A DNA stretch of 64,000 nt, from positions 87,296,001 to 87,360,000 of the forward strand of contig OX597822.1 in the NCBI GenBank assembly GCA_951406725.2, in the 5' to 3' direction. The DNA is from Octopus vulgaris (Eukaryota). A program made the position numbers and the translations under genes. The notes below the pieces were generated by a model. It saw nothing but the letters and a program-made list of their open reading frames with translations, was not told the DNA's origin and ran no database searches. How positions within the stretch are numbered: position 1 is the stretch's first letter; each line of letters begins with the position of its first letter. Of the stretch, positions 1 through 13,242 are shown in pieces.

Positions 1-24
1 AGGATATTATTTTATTTCTCACAG

Positions 25-143
25 GAATTTGCTGCTCGTCAACGATCACGACACCTGCGATTTTCAAGGCCACCCCAGAAAAAGCAGTTGTTAAATTCCA
101 GTAAAAAGTCTATTAAAGAAAGGAAATCATATTCCTTTTTCAG
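25..143 (+). CDS. polycystin exon (EFAARQRSRHLRFSRPPQKKQLL...SFFR)
   Basis: acag| acceptor, |gtaaaa donor, phase-2 end matches next exon. Confidence 0.8.
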
Positions 144-189
144 GTAAAATTTTTGGTAACTAACACTTTCCTTCTAGTTAATTGATGAC

Positions 190-468
190 CCTGTTAGTAC
201 TGATGCTACGTAAAAAGCACTGGTGCTGGTGTCATGTAAAAAGCAGCAGTGCCAGTGGCACATAAGAAGCACCCAGTACACTCTGTAAAGTGGTTGGTAT
301 TAGGAAGGGCATCCAGCCATAGAAACCATGCTAACACAGACAAGGGAGCTTAGTGCAGCTCCCAATCTTACCAGCTCCTGTCAAACTGTCCAACCCATGC
401 CAGCAGGTAAAACAGATTTTAAATGATGATGATGATGGTGTTGATGATGATGATGATGATGATGGTGT

Positions 469-503
<35 letters not shown>

Positions 504-505
504 GT
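190..505 (+). mobile_element. RTE-type LINE 3' tail / tail-derived SINE with (GAT)n end
   Basis: aagcacccagtacactctgtaaagtggttgg..aggaagggcatccag..caacccatgccagca + (GAT)n. The same tail follows RTE coding sequence at 50.8-51.1 kb. Other copies at about 10670-11125, 20270-20610, 23215-23425(-), 31180-31345(-), 34975-35285(-), 49590-49950(-), 51270-51545, 51830-52055. Confidence 0.8.
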
Positions 506-529
506 GATTATTATAATTATTATTATTAG

Positions 530-2050
530 TTTCATATACACTCAACAGATTAGACTGTTGGAAAAGAAAATATCCTAACATCAGGCTACAAGTAACCTTA
601 GATGCCAAGAGCACACCTAAGTATCCTAGCTGTGCCTAAAAACATTGTTTTCTGCAGCTGTACTAGACTGGATTTTATGCCTATTTTCCTCTATCCATTT
701 GTTCAGATCTTCAGGGATAGTTTCCAATGCACCTATAACTGCTGGGATACATTTTACCCACACTTTCCATAGTCTCTCTAATTCAATAGCTAAGTCCTGA
801 TACTTTGCTATTTTTTCTATACCTTTCATATTGATTTTTTTTCATCATTTGGGACTGTAAAGTTAATTATCTGGTACTTTCTATTCTCTTCGTCTACAAC
901 TATCAAACCAGGCCTTCTAGCTTCTATTACTCTGTCAGTCTGAATGTTAAAGTCCTACAATATCTTATATGTCTTACTTTCTAGTACTTTACTAAGTTCA
1001 TGTTCATACCATTTATCAATATGTTAAAATCTTAGCTTTCTACATAGCTCCCAGTGGATTACTCTCCCTAGATTGCTGTGTATTTTCTTGTATTCTTTCT
1101 GTGCCAACATGCTACATTCACTTACTATGTGGATGACACTTTCCTCTTTTGATTTGCATAATCTACTTTGGGAATCTACTTCGTTTTTGTATCTATCTTG
1201 TCTTTTATCCAATTAGTCCTTAATGCTTGATCTTGTGCAGTTACTAACAAATCTGTCTCCCTCTTCAGCTTTTTTTTTTTCTTGCAACCATAACCATGTC
1301 CCACTATTACTATTTGCTGCAACTATCTTTGGGAATCTACCATGCAACACCTTCTGCCAATCAGATAATTTCTGTTCTTTTTTCTGGTTTTTAACTTCAA
1401 TTGGCTTTTTGGTTTCCCTATGTCTTGCTTTGGCTCTAGCAGCTTTTAATAAACTTTCTTCACTATTACCTATATAGGAGTCTATATCTACTCTAGCTAA
1501 CTTGATACAATCTTCTACTGATATTAACCCTCTTTCTATTTCAAATTTTAAAGGATTGTTTTTTTTGGTTTTTTTTCCTCTTTCTTTACAATCTTGGAAT
1601 CAAATGGACATGATTGTTCGATAAGTAAGCAATTTCACTTTTCCACATCTGTAATTACTATGTCTGGTCTATTATTATTTTTTTGACTTCTAGTCCGATT
1701 GAATAGAAAAATTCTACAAAATCTTACAGTTCTCCAATTCCAATACTCTTTCAACTCAATAATTGTACCATGTGTTTCCAGCTTAAAATCCCCGTTGCTG
1801 GCACAGTTTCCATTGTAAAACTTTTACCACCTGTTCATGCCTCCATTTCTTATATTCTTTTTGTGCTAACTTGGGGTATTCTGTCACAATGTGTACCACT
1901 GTCTCGTTCCAAGTACCACAGGCTCTACATTTTTCGGACACATTCTCTCCATATATTTTTTCTCAAGTTGTTTGTTTTTAATTGTTTGATCTTGGGCTGC
2001 TACAATTAGGCTCTCTGTTACTTTTTTTAATTGCCCCTTTTTTAGCCAAG
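530..2050 (-). mobile_element. two degraded R4/Dong-like (restriction-like endonuclease) LINE fragments
   Basis: RLCKSKEESVIHIVSEC (CCHC-like), EKIAKYQDLAIELERLW..PAVIGALE; a second RPDIVIT segment near 1650-1770; (ATT)n on both sides. Confidence 0.8.
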
Positions 2051-2053
2051 CCA

Positions 2054-2091
<38 letters not shown>

Positions 2092-3674
2092 CATCATCAT
2101 TATTAATATATGAAAACTCACAGCTTATTTTGCTGTGTGTGTGTGTGTGTGTAAGAAAAATCATTTTCTAACAGAAAAGTATACTATTAAAATGAATTAT
2201 TGTTTACATATCATGTGGATAAATGCCAGCCATGACCTTCTTAGGCTCTCCGATATTTTAATTTATAAACAGAAACAATCAAGGGCAGGGGGTGGACTTG
2301 TAAAAAAATCATAATTTTTCAAATTCTTTTTTTTTTTTATAGCATATAAATGTATTTATGAGGAGGAAAATATTGAAAACCATCAATACATTTGAGAGTG
2401 AGCAAGAAACGAGGAGGATTGTCTTGGGATGTGCTGGAAACAACTGCCAAATCTCCCTTAAATCACTCACTTTTTCCTCTGGAAATATAAACAATTTTTC
2501 CAATATTTTTTTTTACCGAAAAGCTTCCTCCCATGGTTTTGAAGTGCAAAAATGAATTGGCCAAAATCGGTCAGGAGTGGGATGATTAGGGATGGGGGTG
2601 TACAAACAAATTTTTTAAACTTTGTTTTTATACAAATATGTTCCCCACCCACATCATTTCCAAGGCTGTGATTTAAAAAAGAAAACAGGAAAAATCTCCA
2701 TTAAAACAGAGTAGTTCCAACTTATTTGGTCTTCCTGATCCGAAACTCCTCTCTCCACCCCCTCAGAAAAAATTTTCCTCGCAAATTTCTTTGTAATCAT
2801 AATCTATGCTGTTTGAAAGGTATTTGTATAAAATTTAATCAAAAGATATCTATTTTCCAGAAAGTTATGAGGAAAAAAGTCAGATTGTGTGAATTTTCCG
2901 AAACTCCCTACCCCCTTGAAAAATTCTTTACCATAAATCCCTATTTACTCTGAATGCACATCAAGTGGTATTTGTTGAAAACTTCATTAAAGAGTGTCCA
3001 TTTTTCTGGAAGTTATGAGGCAACAAAGTTGGTTGGGATGGTTAACATCTGTAATTATGCCAGTTTTGTTTGTGTGCTTGCTTGTCTGTAATTTAATACA
3101 GCCAAACCAGTGCATAATGGGAAAATACTCTGAAAGTAAGGTACAGCTGAAATGTGAGTACAAATGGAATAAAACAAGTTTCGTGTAAATCAGACCACGG
3201 ATTCCCTAAATTGGCGGTTTTTGGGGGTACCTTCATAAATAACTAAAACCATGCATAATGGGAAAATACCCTGAAAGTAGCATAACCCTGAAATGGGAAT
3301 ATTGTTTCCATTAATTTTATGTTTACATAAAATTAATTGCCTTTTTTAGAATTTTACACATACACCATAAATAAATGGTGTTCCTGGAGTTCAAGTTTAT
3401 CCCAGAAGTCTATTAAATGCTGTAAATAATCAACAAAACCTGAAACATGAACTTGTAACTCAAACCTATGATGACACGAACGAATTTAAATATTTAATTG
3501 AATCATCATAAAATTAACTTTCATTTCAATACAGTGTTGAAATCAGCTTCAATGTTTTATAACCTAAACTGTCAGTGACCCAACAGTTCACAGGTTGTCT
3601 AGTGTTCTATAAAAAGGAAGAGCAAGACTCTTTTAAAGGCTTTGTTATCCAGTCATTAGACTAGGTTTAAGGTA

Positions 3675-4298
3675 TAGTAATCCCTCGCCAGTTTGCAGTT
3701 CACCTATCATGCACTCTGTACATCATGGTTCACCTATCGCACACTCAGTACATCATGGATTTTTCTGGCTAATATATGTAAATTTATATCGCAGACTCCT
3801 CGGTATATCATGGGTTTCTTCAGCCAATAGGTATACTCTCTCTTTTACTCTTTTACTTGTTTCGCCTTTAGTCGATCAAATCGACCCCAGGACTTATTCT
3901 TTGTAAGCCTAGTACTTATTTTATCGGTCTCTTTTTTGCCGAACCGCTAAGTTACGGGGATGTAAACACACCATCGGTTGTCAAGCGATGTTGGGGGGAC
4001 AAACACAGACAAACACGCACACACATATATATATATATATATACATATATATATGATGGGCTTCTTTCAGTTTCCGTCTACCAAATCCACTCACAAGGCT
4101 TTGGTCGGCCCGAGGCTATAGTAGAAGACACTTGCCCAAGGTGCCACGCAGTGGGATTGAACCCGAAACCATGTGGTTCGTAAGCAAGCTACTTACCACA
4201 CAGCCACTCCTACGCCTATATTTATATTTTTTTAGATTTTAATTATTTCTGTGGGAGGTTTTAGATATGTAACAGTCATGATAGTCAAGGCATTACAG
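3675..4298. mobile_element. pogo/Tigger-like MITE with nested SINE
   Basis: Imperfect TIRs (TAGTAATCCCTCG / revcomp CTGTAATGCCTTG) flanked by TA. Confidence 0.5.
3836..4217 (-). mobile_element. tRNA-derived SINE, near full length
   Basis: Head GGCGTAGGAGTGGCTGTGTGG (A box), GGTTCAATCC (B box), CCTTGGGCAAGT core, internal (TA)/(TG), GTAAAAGA tail; older copies at about 17355-17710, 30455-30780, 45510-45890, 51680-52225. Confidence 0.88.
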
Positions 4299-4479
4299 TA
4301 TTTGCTTAGTCATGGTACTTCGACAAATTTATAAGGCATGCTGTTTTTCTATTTTTTGATTGAAGAATATAGAGAAGAGAAAGAAAATAATGGGAGTAAA
4401 CATATTTATCAATAAATTAAAACAAGAGCAGAAACTAGTCTTGATTTTGAAGATAAAATTCTTTTTCTCTTTTCAATAG

Positions 4480-4590
4480 AGATGCTGCAATGCTTGGACT
4501 AATGATTAGTGTTCTATGTGTTATGGCATTCGGGAAAGGTTCACACTCTTCATTCATGTTCAATGAAAGCCTTAAGAACATCTTCCTACG
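4480..4590 (+). CDS. polycystin exon, TM segment (DAAMLGLMISVLCVMAFG...NIFLR)
   Basis: Polypyrimidine tract + tag|, |gtaagt; hydrophobic helix; phases 2/2. Confidence 0.85.
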
Positions 4591-4779
4591 GTAAGTAATT
4601 AAGCTGTATTTAAAACATGCTATTGTAGTTACTCTGTGTGTGTGTGTGTGCATGTAATTAAATAAACATTGTATTATTTAAATATTTGTTCTTATACTTT
4701 AATCGTTGAATGCCATTATTATTTGAATGTGAGTTGTAGAATCATAGACTTTAGTTCCTTATGCATTGTTGTTTTACTA

Positions 4780-5250
4780 CCTTCATCATCCATTGTTTTA
4801 AATCCAGATTTTGTCCCTGTTAATGAGGGCAGGTGGATCTATCTCAATACCATAGCAACCGCCCTCACGCCATCTTGCCCTGTTTTGGGCATCTTCCCTT
4901 CTCAAGCTAATCCTCCTAATCTCCTCCTCCACCTATCCCCTCCATGTTTTCCCTGGTCTACTCACTTTTACGCTCCATTTACCTCAAACGCAATCACCCT
5001 CTTCATCTCACCTCAACACATGCCCATACCACTTCACTCTGCCCTTGCTAACCATTCCACCAATTCCTCCAACCCCAACTTTCCCATCAAATCCTCAGTC
5101 CTCCTCTTATCAAACAGCTTCACCCCACACATTTCTCTCACCATTGCTCTCTTCCCCCTTCTCAAAATTGTCATCTCTCTCTCCCTCAGACACCATATCT
5201 CACTCTCATACAGCATTGCAGCTCTCACACAACTCTTATAGACCCTTCCT
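4780..5250 (-). mobile_element. RTE LINE 3' fragment
   Basis: KGRVYKSCVRAAMLYESEIW..MVREMCGVKLFD..WYGH. Confidence 0.85.
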
Positions 5251-5283
5251 TTCATCTTATTTTGTTTTGTTTTTTTCATCTAG

Positions 5284-5410
5284 GTCAGGGAATCAACAAT
5301 TTCTTGGAATCAAAAATGTTGACCAATGGTGGGAGTGGCTTCAAACTTCTTTTCTTGATCAAATGTATTGGGACCCTTGGTACAACAGAGATTCAAACAA
5401 TTTAGATATG
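5284..5410 (+). CDS. polycystin exon, start of TOP domain (SGNQQFLGIKNVDQWWEWLQTSFLDQMYWDPWYN)
   Basis: tag|..|gtaagt; F..I.....W.W polycystin motif. Confidence 0.9.
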
Positions 5411-5859
5411 GTAAGTTTCATCTGTGATGGATTCTTTGTACAATTTATTTTTATAAAATCCACAAAAAATAAGGATTAGTCTAACTGGTTACTCTAAGAT
5501 GAAAGACTTTCTGCTTTCTCATGTAATCTTTGAAACTTTAAAAGTTCTTTCAAGGATTAATGAGCCTATCTGTAGATTTGACTCAACACCATTGGCAGAT
5601 AGCTCAACTAGATAATCAAATAATATTTTTGCAACTATAAGAGGTGTGGGTTTGATTCCCACATATACTAATACCCATTTTTTTTTTCTGTTGTGGATTT
5701 ATATGTTCCAATGTTAGACTATTAGGTATAAGTTTTCTTCTACCTAATATAGGTATAAGAAAACTTATACTTATATTCACAAAATAATTCCCAGAATTTA
5801 AGAGGAATGGAGTTGGTTTGCATTATCAAGAGGCAATATTTACTGAAAATTAAGGCTTA

Positions 5860-6070
5860 CAAGCTGGTAGAAATGCTAGCATGCCAGGCAAAATGCTTTG
5901 CAGTATTTCATTTATCTTTACATTTTGAATTAAAATTCTGCTGAGGTTGACTTTGCCTTTCATCTTTTTGGAGTCAATAAAATAGGTCCCAGTTAAGCAC
6001 TGCAGCCAGTGTAATCAGCTTAATCCCTTCCCTAAAATTGCTGGCCTTGTACCAAAATTTGAAACCAATA
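5860..6070 (+). mobile_element. SINE with Nin-like central domain
   Basis: gaggttgactttgcctttcatc..gtcaataaaat motif; related copies at about 30000-30230, 12990-13130(-), 20660-20800(-). Confidence 0.65.
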
Positions 6071-6464
6071 TTTACTGAAAAATGCAAAAAACAGTTTGAT
6101 GGTTAGGGTTACTTTATCACAAAGAGAAAAGAAATAGTCAATATCTTAGGTAGAACCTTCAGTGGAGAATAAGAGCTGAAGGGCTCTTACATGAGAGACA
6201 ATACGATAATATTTCTTTCATTGCAAACTAATGTATCTTATAATTTACTTTTCAGAAAATATAGAAGCTTCAAGATATTTATAAAAGAAAATTAGTCCAA
6301 GTTTCACAGATTAAAATATTGACTTTGCACTCTAATAAAAGTTTCTGTAAAGTAAGATATATGGCTTTATGATCTAATTAGAAATATATATATATATTTC
6401 TAAGCAAAAAAGAAAGTTCTGATTTTTTTTTACTATTATAGAATTTTCTCATTTTCTGACACAG

Positions 6465-6646
6465 AATTATATTGCTGATGGAAGCAGCTATTTGCTGGGC
6501 AAAGTTCATATTCGAAACATTCAACATACTCAAAAGGGTTGTCAGCTCCAGAATAATTTATGGCCTGTTTTATGTGAAGATTCCAATCATACTCAAGATG
6601 GAACCACGAATATTAGGAATACACTTACTAAACTGTCCAGACAAAG
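6465..6646 (+). CDS. polycystin exon (NYIADGSSYLLGKVHIRNIQ...LSRQR)
   Basis: cag|..|gtgaga; aligns to the LLG.PRIRQ motif. Confidence 0.85.
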
Positions 6647-7423
6647 GTGAGATAGTCTTGTACATTTGCAGGTGTTGTTTATTTAATTCCAGGTCAGCAC
6701 TGATCACACAGAGCTTTGATTGAAGGGTTGAGCAACTAAAAGTGTCCAGTTTTGTTGAGATATCTAGGACTACTTTATCCCAGCATGTCCTTTTTGCATG
6801 TCTGCGTTTGTGCGTGTGGTGGTGGCAAATACACCTAATGAAGTTGGGTCAAAGGAAACCAAGGAAAAGATTGGAAGAATTGATACACATTGTATACTGT
6901 CATCTGTTGAGAGTTGATATCAATTCATCTTGATTGAGGTTTTTGTGGCCTTACAGATGAAGTGTAAGTGGTGGTGCTTCTGGAAATAAATTGCATTGGA
7001 GATTTAGTCTAGCTTATATTTGCATGAACCACCCATCAAATTCTACACATCAACTTTGTCATCACTGTAATGGTGCTGTATTTTACTTGTTTTTTTCAAA
7101 AGATAAGAATGACTACCACAATTTGCTTCTCTTGTAAATTTCAGTTGTCACACTTCTCTTATGTACCTAAGTATTTTATTACTTAATCTACGGAAAAGAT
7201 AACTTCCCTACCTTGTGGGAACCTCTCAGAATGTCAAGTTTTGATGTAGGTATTCAGCTCAAAGTTCTGCAGGTTGATATCTGGTGGGAAGTTATGAAGG
7301 AACAGAATTCTTTTCAATTTCTATTTGAACTAAACTATAAGCAATTATTTCCTCTACTAATTAAAAATAGTCTCTTAAATTTATATCAATGTAACTTTTC
7401 AAAAGTTACACTGATATGAATTT

Positions 7424-7780
7424 AGGAGACTAATATGGCTCAGTGGTTAGAGTGCCAGGCTTACAGTCATGTGGTAGTGAGTTTGATTCCTGGACCAGGC
7501 TGTGTATTGTGTTCTTGAGCATGACACTGTATTTCACATTGCTCCAGTTCACTCAGCTGTAGAAATGAGTTGTGATGTCACTGGCACCTGGCTGTATCAG
7601 CCTTTGACTTTCCCTTGGATAACATTGGTGGCATGGAGGGGGTGGGGTGGTAGTCTGGTATGCATGGGCAACTGCTGGTCTTCCATAAACAACCTTTACT
7701 TGGACTTGTGCCTCAGAGGGGAACTTTCTAGGTGCAATCCCATGGTCATTCATGACCAAAAGGGGGTCTTTACTCCTTAT
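7424..7780 (+). mobile_element. tRNA-derived SINE
   Basis: TGGCTCAGTGG A box, GTTTGATTCC B box, gtgttcttgagcatgacact core; tail repeated at 8121-8258. Confidence 0.75.
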
Positions 7781-7797
7781 CCTATGTCCATATAATG

Positions 7798-8106
7798 TTT
7801 GTTTGTTTGTTCCTTCTCGAGCCATGCCTGGTTCATAAGGGCCGGTTTCCCGGTTTCTTGGCATATAGGTTCCCCACCTAGACGGGATGCCGGTCCATCA
7901 CAGATGAGCTGCAAGATGCAGGAAGAAAGAGTGAGAGAAAGTTGTGGCGAAAGAGTCAGCAGAAGTTCACCATTACCTTCTGCCAGAGCTGTGTGGAGCT
8001 TAGGTGTTTTGGCTCATAAACACACACATTGCCCGGTCTGACATTCGAACCCGCGATCCCTCGACCACAAGTCCGCTGCTCTAACCACTAGGCCATGTGC
8101 CTCCAC
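7798..8106 (-). mobile_element. young tRNA-derived SINE with 14-bp TSD
   Basis: TGGCCTAGTGG / GGTTCGAATG boxes, (AAAC)n tail; TSD ATGTCCATATAATG at 7784-7797 and 8107-8120. Confidence 0.88.
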
Positions 8107-8323
8107 ATGTCCATATAATGGTGTGGAGAGGGGAGGTTGGTGTGCATAGGCAACTGCTGGTCTTCCATAAACAACCTTGCCTGCAATTGTGCATCAGAGG
8201 GGAACTTTCTAGGTGCAATCCCTTGGTCATTCATGACCAAAGGGGGTCTTTACTCCAATATAAGTAAGCTCTCTTGTTCATATTTTTTGCATTAAATAAT
8301 CAATATTGCTTTTTCTTTGCCAG

Positions 8324-8437
8324 GTCAGAAACATACAAAATAATAATGAAGATGAAAAAAGATGAGATTATCAATGCTCAAACCCAGCAAATTATCATAG
8401 AGTTTACTTTGTATAACCCACCAACTAATCTTTTTAG
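8324..8437 (+). CDS. polycystin exon (SETYKII...IIIEFTLYNPPTNLFS)
   Basis: cag|..|gtgagt; EFTLYN..NLF hallmark. Confidence 0.92.
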
Positions 8438-8454
8438 GTGAGTTTTCTTTTATT

Positions 8455-10100
8455 CGCCAGTCTCAGATAGACTTACTGCATTGCCCAGTTGAGTTTCATT
8501 ATCTGGTCATTGACTGCTTTTAGTTCAGTCCACTTGTATCACCCATCTGCCACATGCAAAGACCACTTTCTCTATTAGCCTTTCTGTAATTTAACTGCAC
8601 ATTTTATATAACCATAGTTTGCACTCAGCACACCATATAGAATTTCTACCTACATCTTGTCTACATATGGAACAGGGCCACCCAAAGAGATTAGTGTTGT
8701 GCATGTTTTCCTGGTCTTTGCTTACTTAACTTTAAAACCCTTTGATTTTCGGTCTTCTTTCCTTACTTGGAATTTTAATTCTAATTCTTCTACACTTTCA
8801 GCTTTAAAAACCAAGGTCATTAGCATAGAGGATTTTCCATGGGCAACTGGTTTTAAATTCCACCATTGTGGCCTGGAGGACTATTCTAAATAAGAAACTG
8901 ATAACTATACTCTGATGAACTCTAAATCCATTGCTGTACTCATTATTAGCTGTCACTTTGCTGACAGCATCCCTTGAGCAGTTCTTGCTAGCCATTCATC
9001 TACTTCTAGCTTTCACATTGACCATCAAAAGAAGGATTAAGGCACTCTGTCAAAGTCTTTCTCCAAATCAATGAATGTGAAGTACAGTGGCATACTTTTA
9101 GCTAAATACTTCTCCTGTAGTTGTCAAACTATAAAGAGAACCTCAGTAGTGCTTCTCTCTGGCATGAAAGTAAACTGCATCTCCTCCAGGTTAACTCTCT
9201 TTCTAATTAACTGAGCTATGACTCTTTCAGTGACTTTCACAACCTGGTTCGGTAATTTGATATCTCTGTAATTACTTCTTTCTAAGGCATCTCTTTTACC
9301 CTTGCAATAGTTGACTATGATGCTGCTACACCAATCATTTGGTATGATGCCTTCCTGTACAACCTGATTAACAATGATTGACTAGGCCATATCTTACACT
9401 GCCATATATTTTAAGCATTTCAGTGGTAATTCTTGATGAATCAGAGGCTTTCCCAGTCTTCATTTTCGAAATTAATCTATCTATAACACTACTGTCAGCA
9501 CAAATGGCAGGACCCTCTATTGGGATCACATTAGAAAGACTCATTTTCTCCTATGCATTCTCCACATTTAATAACCCTAACCCTTTCCGAATCACTGAAT
9601 GCAAGTGAATCATCATCGTTCCACACACATTTCTTTTGCAAAACATCTCAGTTTTCTCTGGTATACTCTGCCTCTCAATTCAGAACACTTTATGCCTTTT
9701 GGTCCATGTGGTGTAGAACATTAGCAAGCCTCTTCTTTTCTGCCTCTTCCCTTGCTAAATAGAACTGTCTTGTAGCTTCTTTTCTTGCTACCTGGTAATG
9801 TTCTCTGCAGGCCTTATTCTTCTAACCCATCCATGCCTGCCTCTTTATTTTTATTGTTTTATCTTCTTCCATGTTCCACCACTATATTATAATTGGTCTG
9901 GCTGGAATTTACATCAGCAAAACAATTTGTTCTCTAGTACTCGGTAGACTGTCTCTTAAGGTCTCCCAATTGTCCTCTATGTTACACATGTCTACCTCTT
10001 CTTCCTTTTCTTCAAGTGCATGTACATACGCACACACACAACTGCATGCCAGCCAATTTCTTCTCCAAACCTTCCTTAACACGCATCACTGACTCCCTCC
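8455..10100 (-). mobile_element. degraded RTE LINE (RT region)
   Basis: CPWKILYANDL, FIDLEK, YKGKRDALE and Cys-rich linker remnants; homologous to 24.2-26.2 kb. Confidence 0.8.
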
Positions 10101-11714
10101 ATCACCAGCCTAACTGCAGTATTCTGTTGCTCTTCACTGTCAGTCATCTCCTACTCATCTTTTCCTCACTCCAACTCATATGTATCATTGACCCCTACAC
10201 CATCTTATCCAGCCCCTGAATCCTCTACTCACTCTCTACAGTCATCCGCCATTCTTCCTTACCTTCCTTCCAATGTATATTTACCATTGACTACCCTTCA
10301 ACCCATGATCGTCATCCATTATATTCACACCACCTATTCCCCATCTCTAACTGTCTCTCATTCTCCTCCCTTCTGTTCACCTTGTCACCTCATCATCACT
10401 GTTTTATCTTATCTCCACTCCAATTACTCTCATTCACTCTTCTCTTGGGTGAAAGCCCATGGTCATTCATGACCAAAGGGGTCTTTACTCCAGTATAATT
10501 AAGCCTTCTTGATTTTATCTTTTGCATTAAATAACCACTATTGCTTTTCTTTTGCCGAGTCAGAAACATACAAAATCATAACGAAGATGAAAAAGATGAA
10601 CTTACCCAACAAGCTGTCCTCAGCCATCTCTCATCCTTTAATCTTGGTCTTGTGAGCTGCATGGTGACCTCACTAGTACTGGTGCCATAAAAAAAAATAC
10701 CTAGTACACCTTATCAGATGATTGACATTAGGAAAAGCATCCAGCCATTGAGACCCTGCCAAAGCAGCAGACATTGAAGCATGATGCGGTCCTTGGACCC
10801 GTTGGGTCCTGTCAAACTGTCCAGTCGATGCCAGTATGGAAGAGGAACATTAAAAGATGATTATGTCTTGAATAATGTGTCTGTTACCACATATAAAGCA
10901 CCCATGTTGGTACCATGGATAAAGCACTGGTATTGGTGCCATGTAAAAAGCACCCACTACACTCTGTTAAGCAGTTTGTGTTAGGAAAGACATCCAACTT
11001 TGGAAATCCTGCAAAAGCAGGCAGTGAAGCTTGGTTCAGTCCCCTGCCTGGCTTGCAGCTCCTGTCAAACCCTCCAACCCATGCCAGCATGGAAAGCAGA
11101 TGTTAAACGACGGTGATGATGATGATTCCCATTTGAATTCATTTCATTTACATTATGATTACTCTTGGAAGATGTAGGAATACCACAACTTTCAGCAAGA
11201 AATATGCATTTGATGCCAACACAACAGATTGATATCAAGTTCTCCCTTTGTATTTGGTGACCTATCCACCAAGGTTGTCTAATTTTTTTTGCTACAGACA
11301 AGTGAAAGAGCTTCAAAGGCATTTCACACCCTGTCTTCTCTAAACAAACTCCCTAGAGACAGACTCCCAGACAGTGTGCCCCTCAATACAAGATGGCTAG
11401 AACTTGAATGTTGATCAGACACTGGAAGTCATCCCAGATAGACATATACGGATTTTATATTTTTATGCTTATGAATCATCAACCTATTAAGTTGCTCATA
11501 GGTGTTCTGCCATGCAGAGTCGACTAATGATATACAACAGCAACAATAACAACAACAAGATACATTCATATTATGAGATTTGATGATGATTAAAGATCAC
11601 TCTAATTAAAACATAGTGAAGATGTCAATCTGAAAAAGTGTGAGTTATGTTGAAGCAGTTATAATCTTATTTTTCTATTTGGATTTATTTTTCATTCCTT
11701 TTTTTCTCCTACAG

Positions 11715-11835
11715 TTCCGTGTCATTGAATTTGCGTATTCTAGAGACTGGTGTTGCCGAACCAGACTTCCAGATATCATGTACCCATTTATTCCGCTACA
11801 TCAGTCCCTTAGATAACTTCATTCTGTCATGTGAG
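11715..11835 (+). CDS. polycystin exon (SVSLNLRILETG...LFRYISPLDNFILSCE)
   Basis: cag|..|gtaaag; phases 2/0. Confidence 0.9.
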
Positions 11836-13242
11836 GTAAAGTATGACAATTCTTTACTTCAGCTTTTCTCTTTCTTTGTTGTCTGCCATTCGGTCTCTTC
11901 ATTTCAGGTTGAATCAATAATTTCCAAGTATGAATTTATGTTAGCATGTGTGTGTCTGAGTGTGTGTGTGTGTGAATAACTATACTCTAATAATCATTTT
12001 TGTACAAAGATTTATTGTCTAATGAGTTTACAACACCAACTGCATAAATTTCAGTTTCCTAATAATCCTTTTTGTACTGCAATGTTTGAAGCAAAGTGCA
12101 CCTGAAAATGCATTGCTGTTTATTGAATACATAGAAAATTCTTTTGTAAATGGAATGCTAAGATGAAATGGAAGACAGTCAAAGCCATTATTTTCAATAC
12201 CTGAATGGAATGTTTAAGAAACACGATTCTCCTTGGCTAGCCCAAATTTTGGATACTGATGAACAGATGGTCCTTCTCCTAAACATTACATTTGTTAATA
12301 ATTAATGTACTTTGATATATCTTATCAATGGCCAACAGTTGAGAAAAAGTAAGATCGTTTTTAGAATGATCTTATATTCCAATTATATATATTTATTATA
12401 CAAAAATTTGCATAATAAGCACTTAGAAAATTAGGATAAACAAAGCTTTTACAAAATTCTGTAACATAGAAGGAAAATGATGAGAAGGATTAAAAAACAA
12501 ATCCTAAGAACAGGAGATAATTTGACCTTGCTCTGAATTAAAAAATGAAGATGTTCTTTACCATTTCTAAGTATAACAGAGTCTTGGAGTTGTTGATCAC
12601 AGATATTGCTTTCATCCACTACCTTATCAATTTGAATAAACTTTTCTGGTTCCTTAAATGTTACTAGAATTTAGGTCTCATGTCACTACTTCCATCATCA
12701 GCAAGGAAGCCTCTATGCAGTCATTTGATCTACTAGAAATAGTGACTAATCTTCATTTAATTACATTATATGATATTAAATAAAGAAGGCTGCATTAAAT
12801 AGTTTAATGTTGCTGATTTACAAAATGACAAAATGATTCCAACTTTTAACATTGGGTTCAATTGGGTTTGATAAATAAAATCAGCATCGACATTTTCACA
12901 TTTTCTCTACATGTTTTTGGGTTGAATGTGTTTACCTTCTGAACAGGTTCTTTTCAATCATTAAAAAACAAGAATTAATAATAATGATTGTTTCTAATTT
13001 TGGCACAAAGCCAGGAATTTTGAAGGGAGGTGTTAAGTCAATTACACCCTAAATTGACCCCAGTTAGTCTAAGACTAATTCTTCATTTTATCAACCTCTG
13101 AAAGGATGGGAGTTACAGTTGACTTCAGAATGTAAAAAACTGAAACAAATAAATTGCAATGATTTTAGTCAAAGTATTTTTGTTAAAAACAATTCTAAAC
13201 TCATTGAAAGTTACTCTTTTTTTATTGTTTTTGCTCTTACAG

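Noticed and set aside
381-614. Poly-His ORF (also 20399-20617)
   Set aside because: Antisense or sense reading of the (GAT)n retroelement tail.
4140-4217. tRNA genes (also 8030-8106, 7424-7500)
   Set aside because: A/B boxes run into SINE bodies and tails; no complete cloverleaf.
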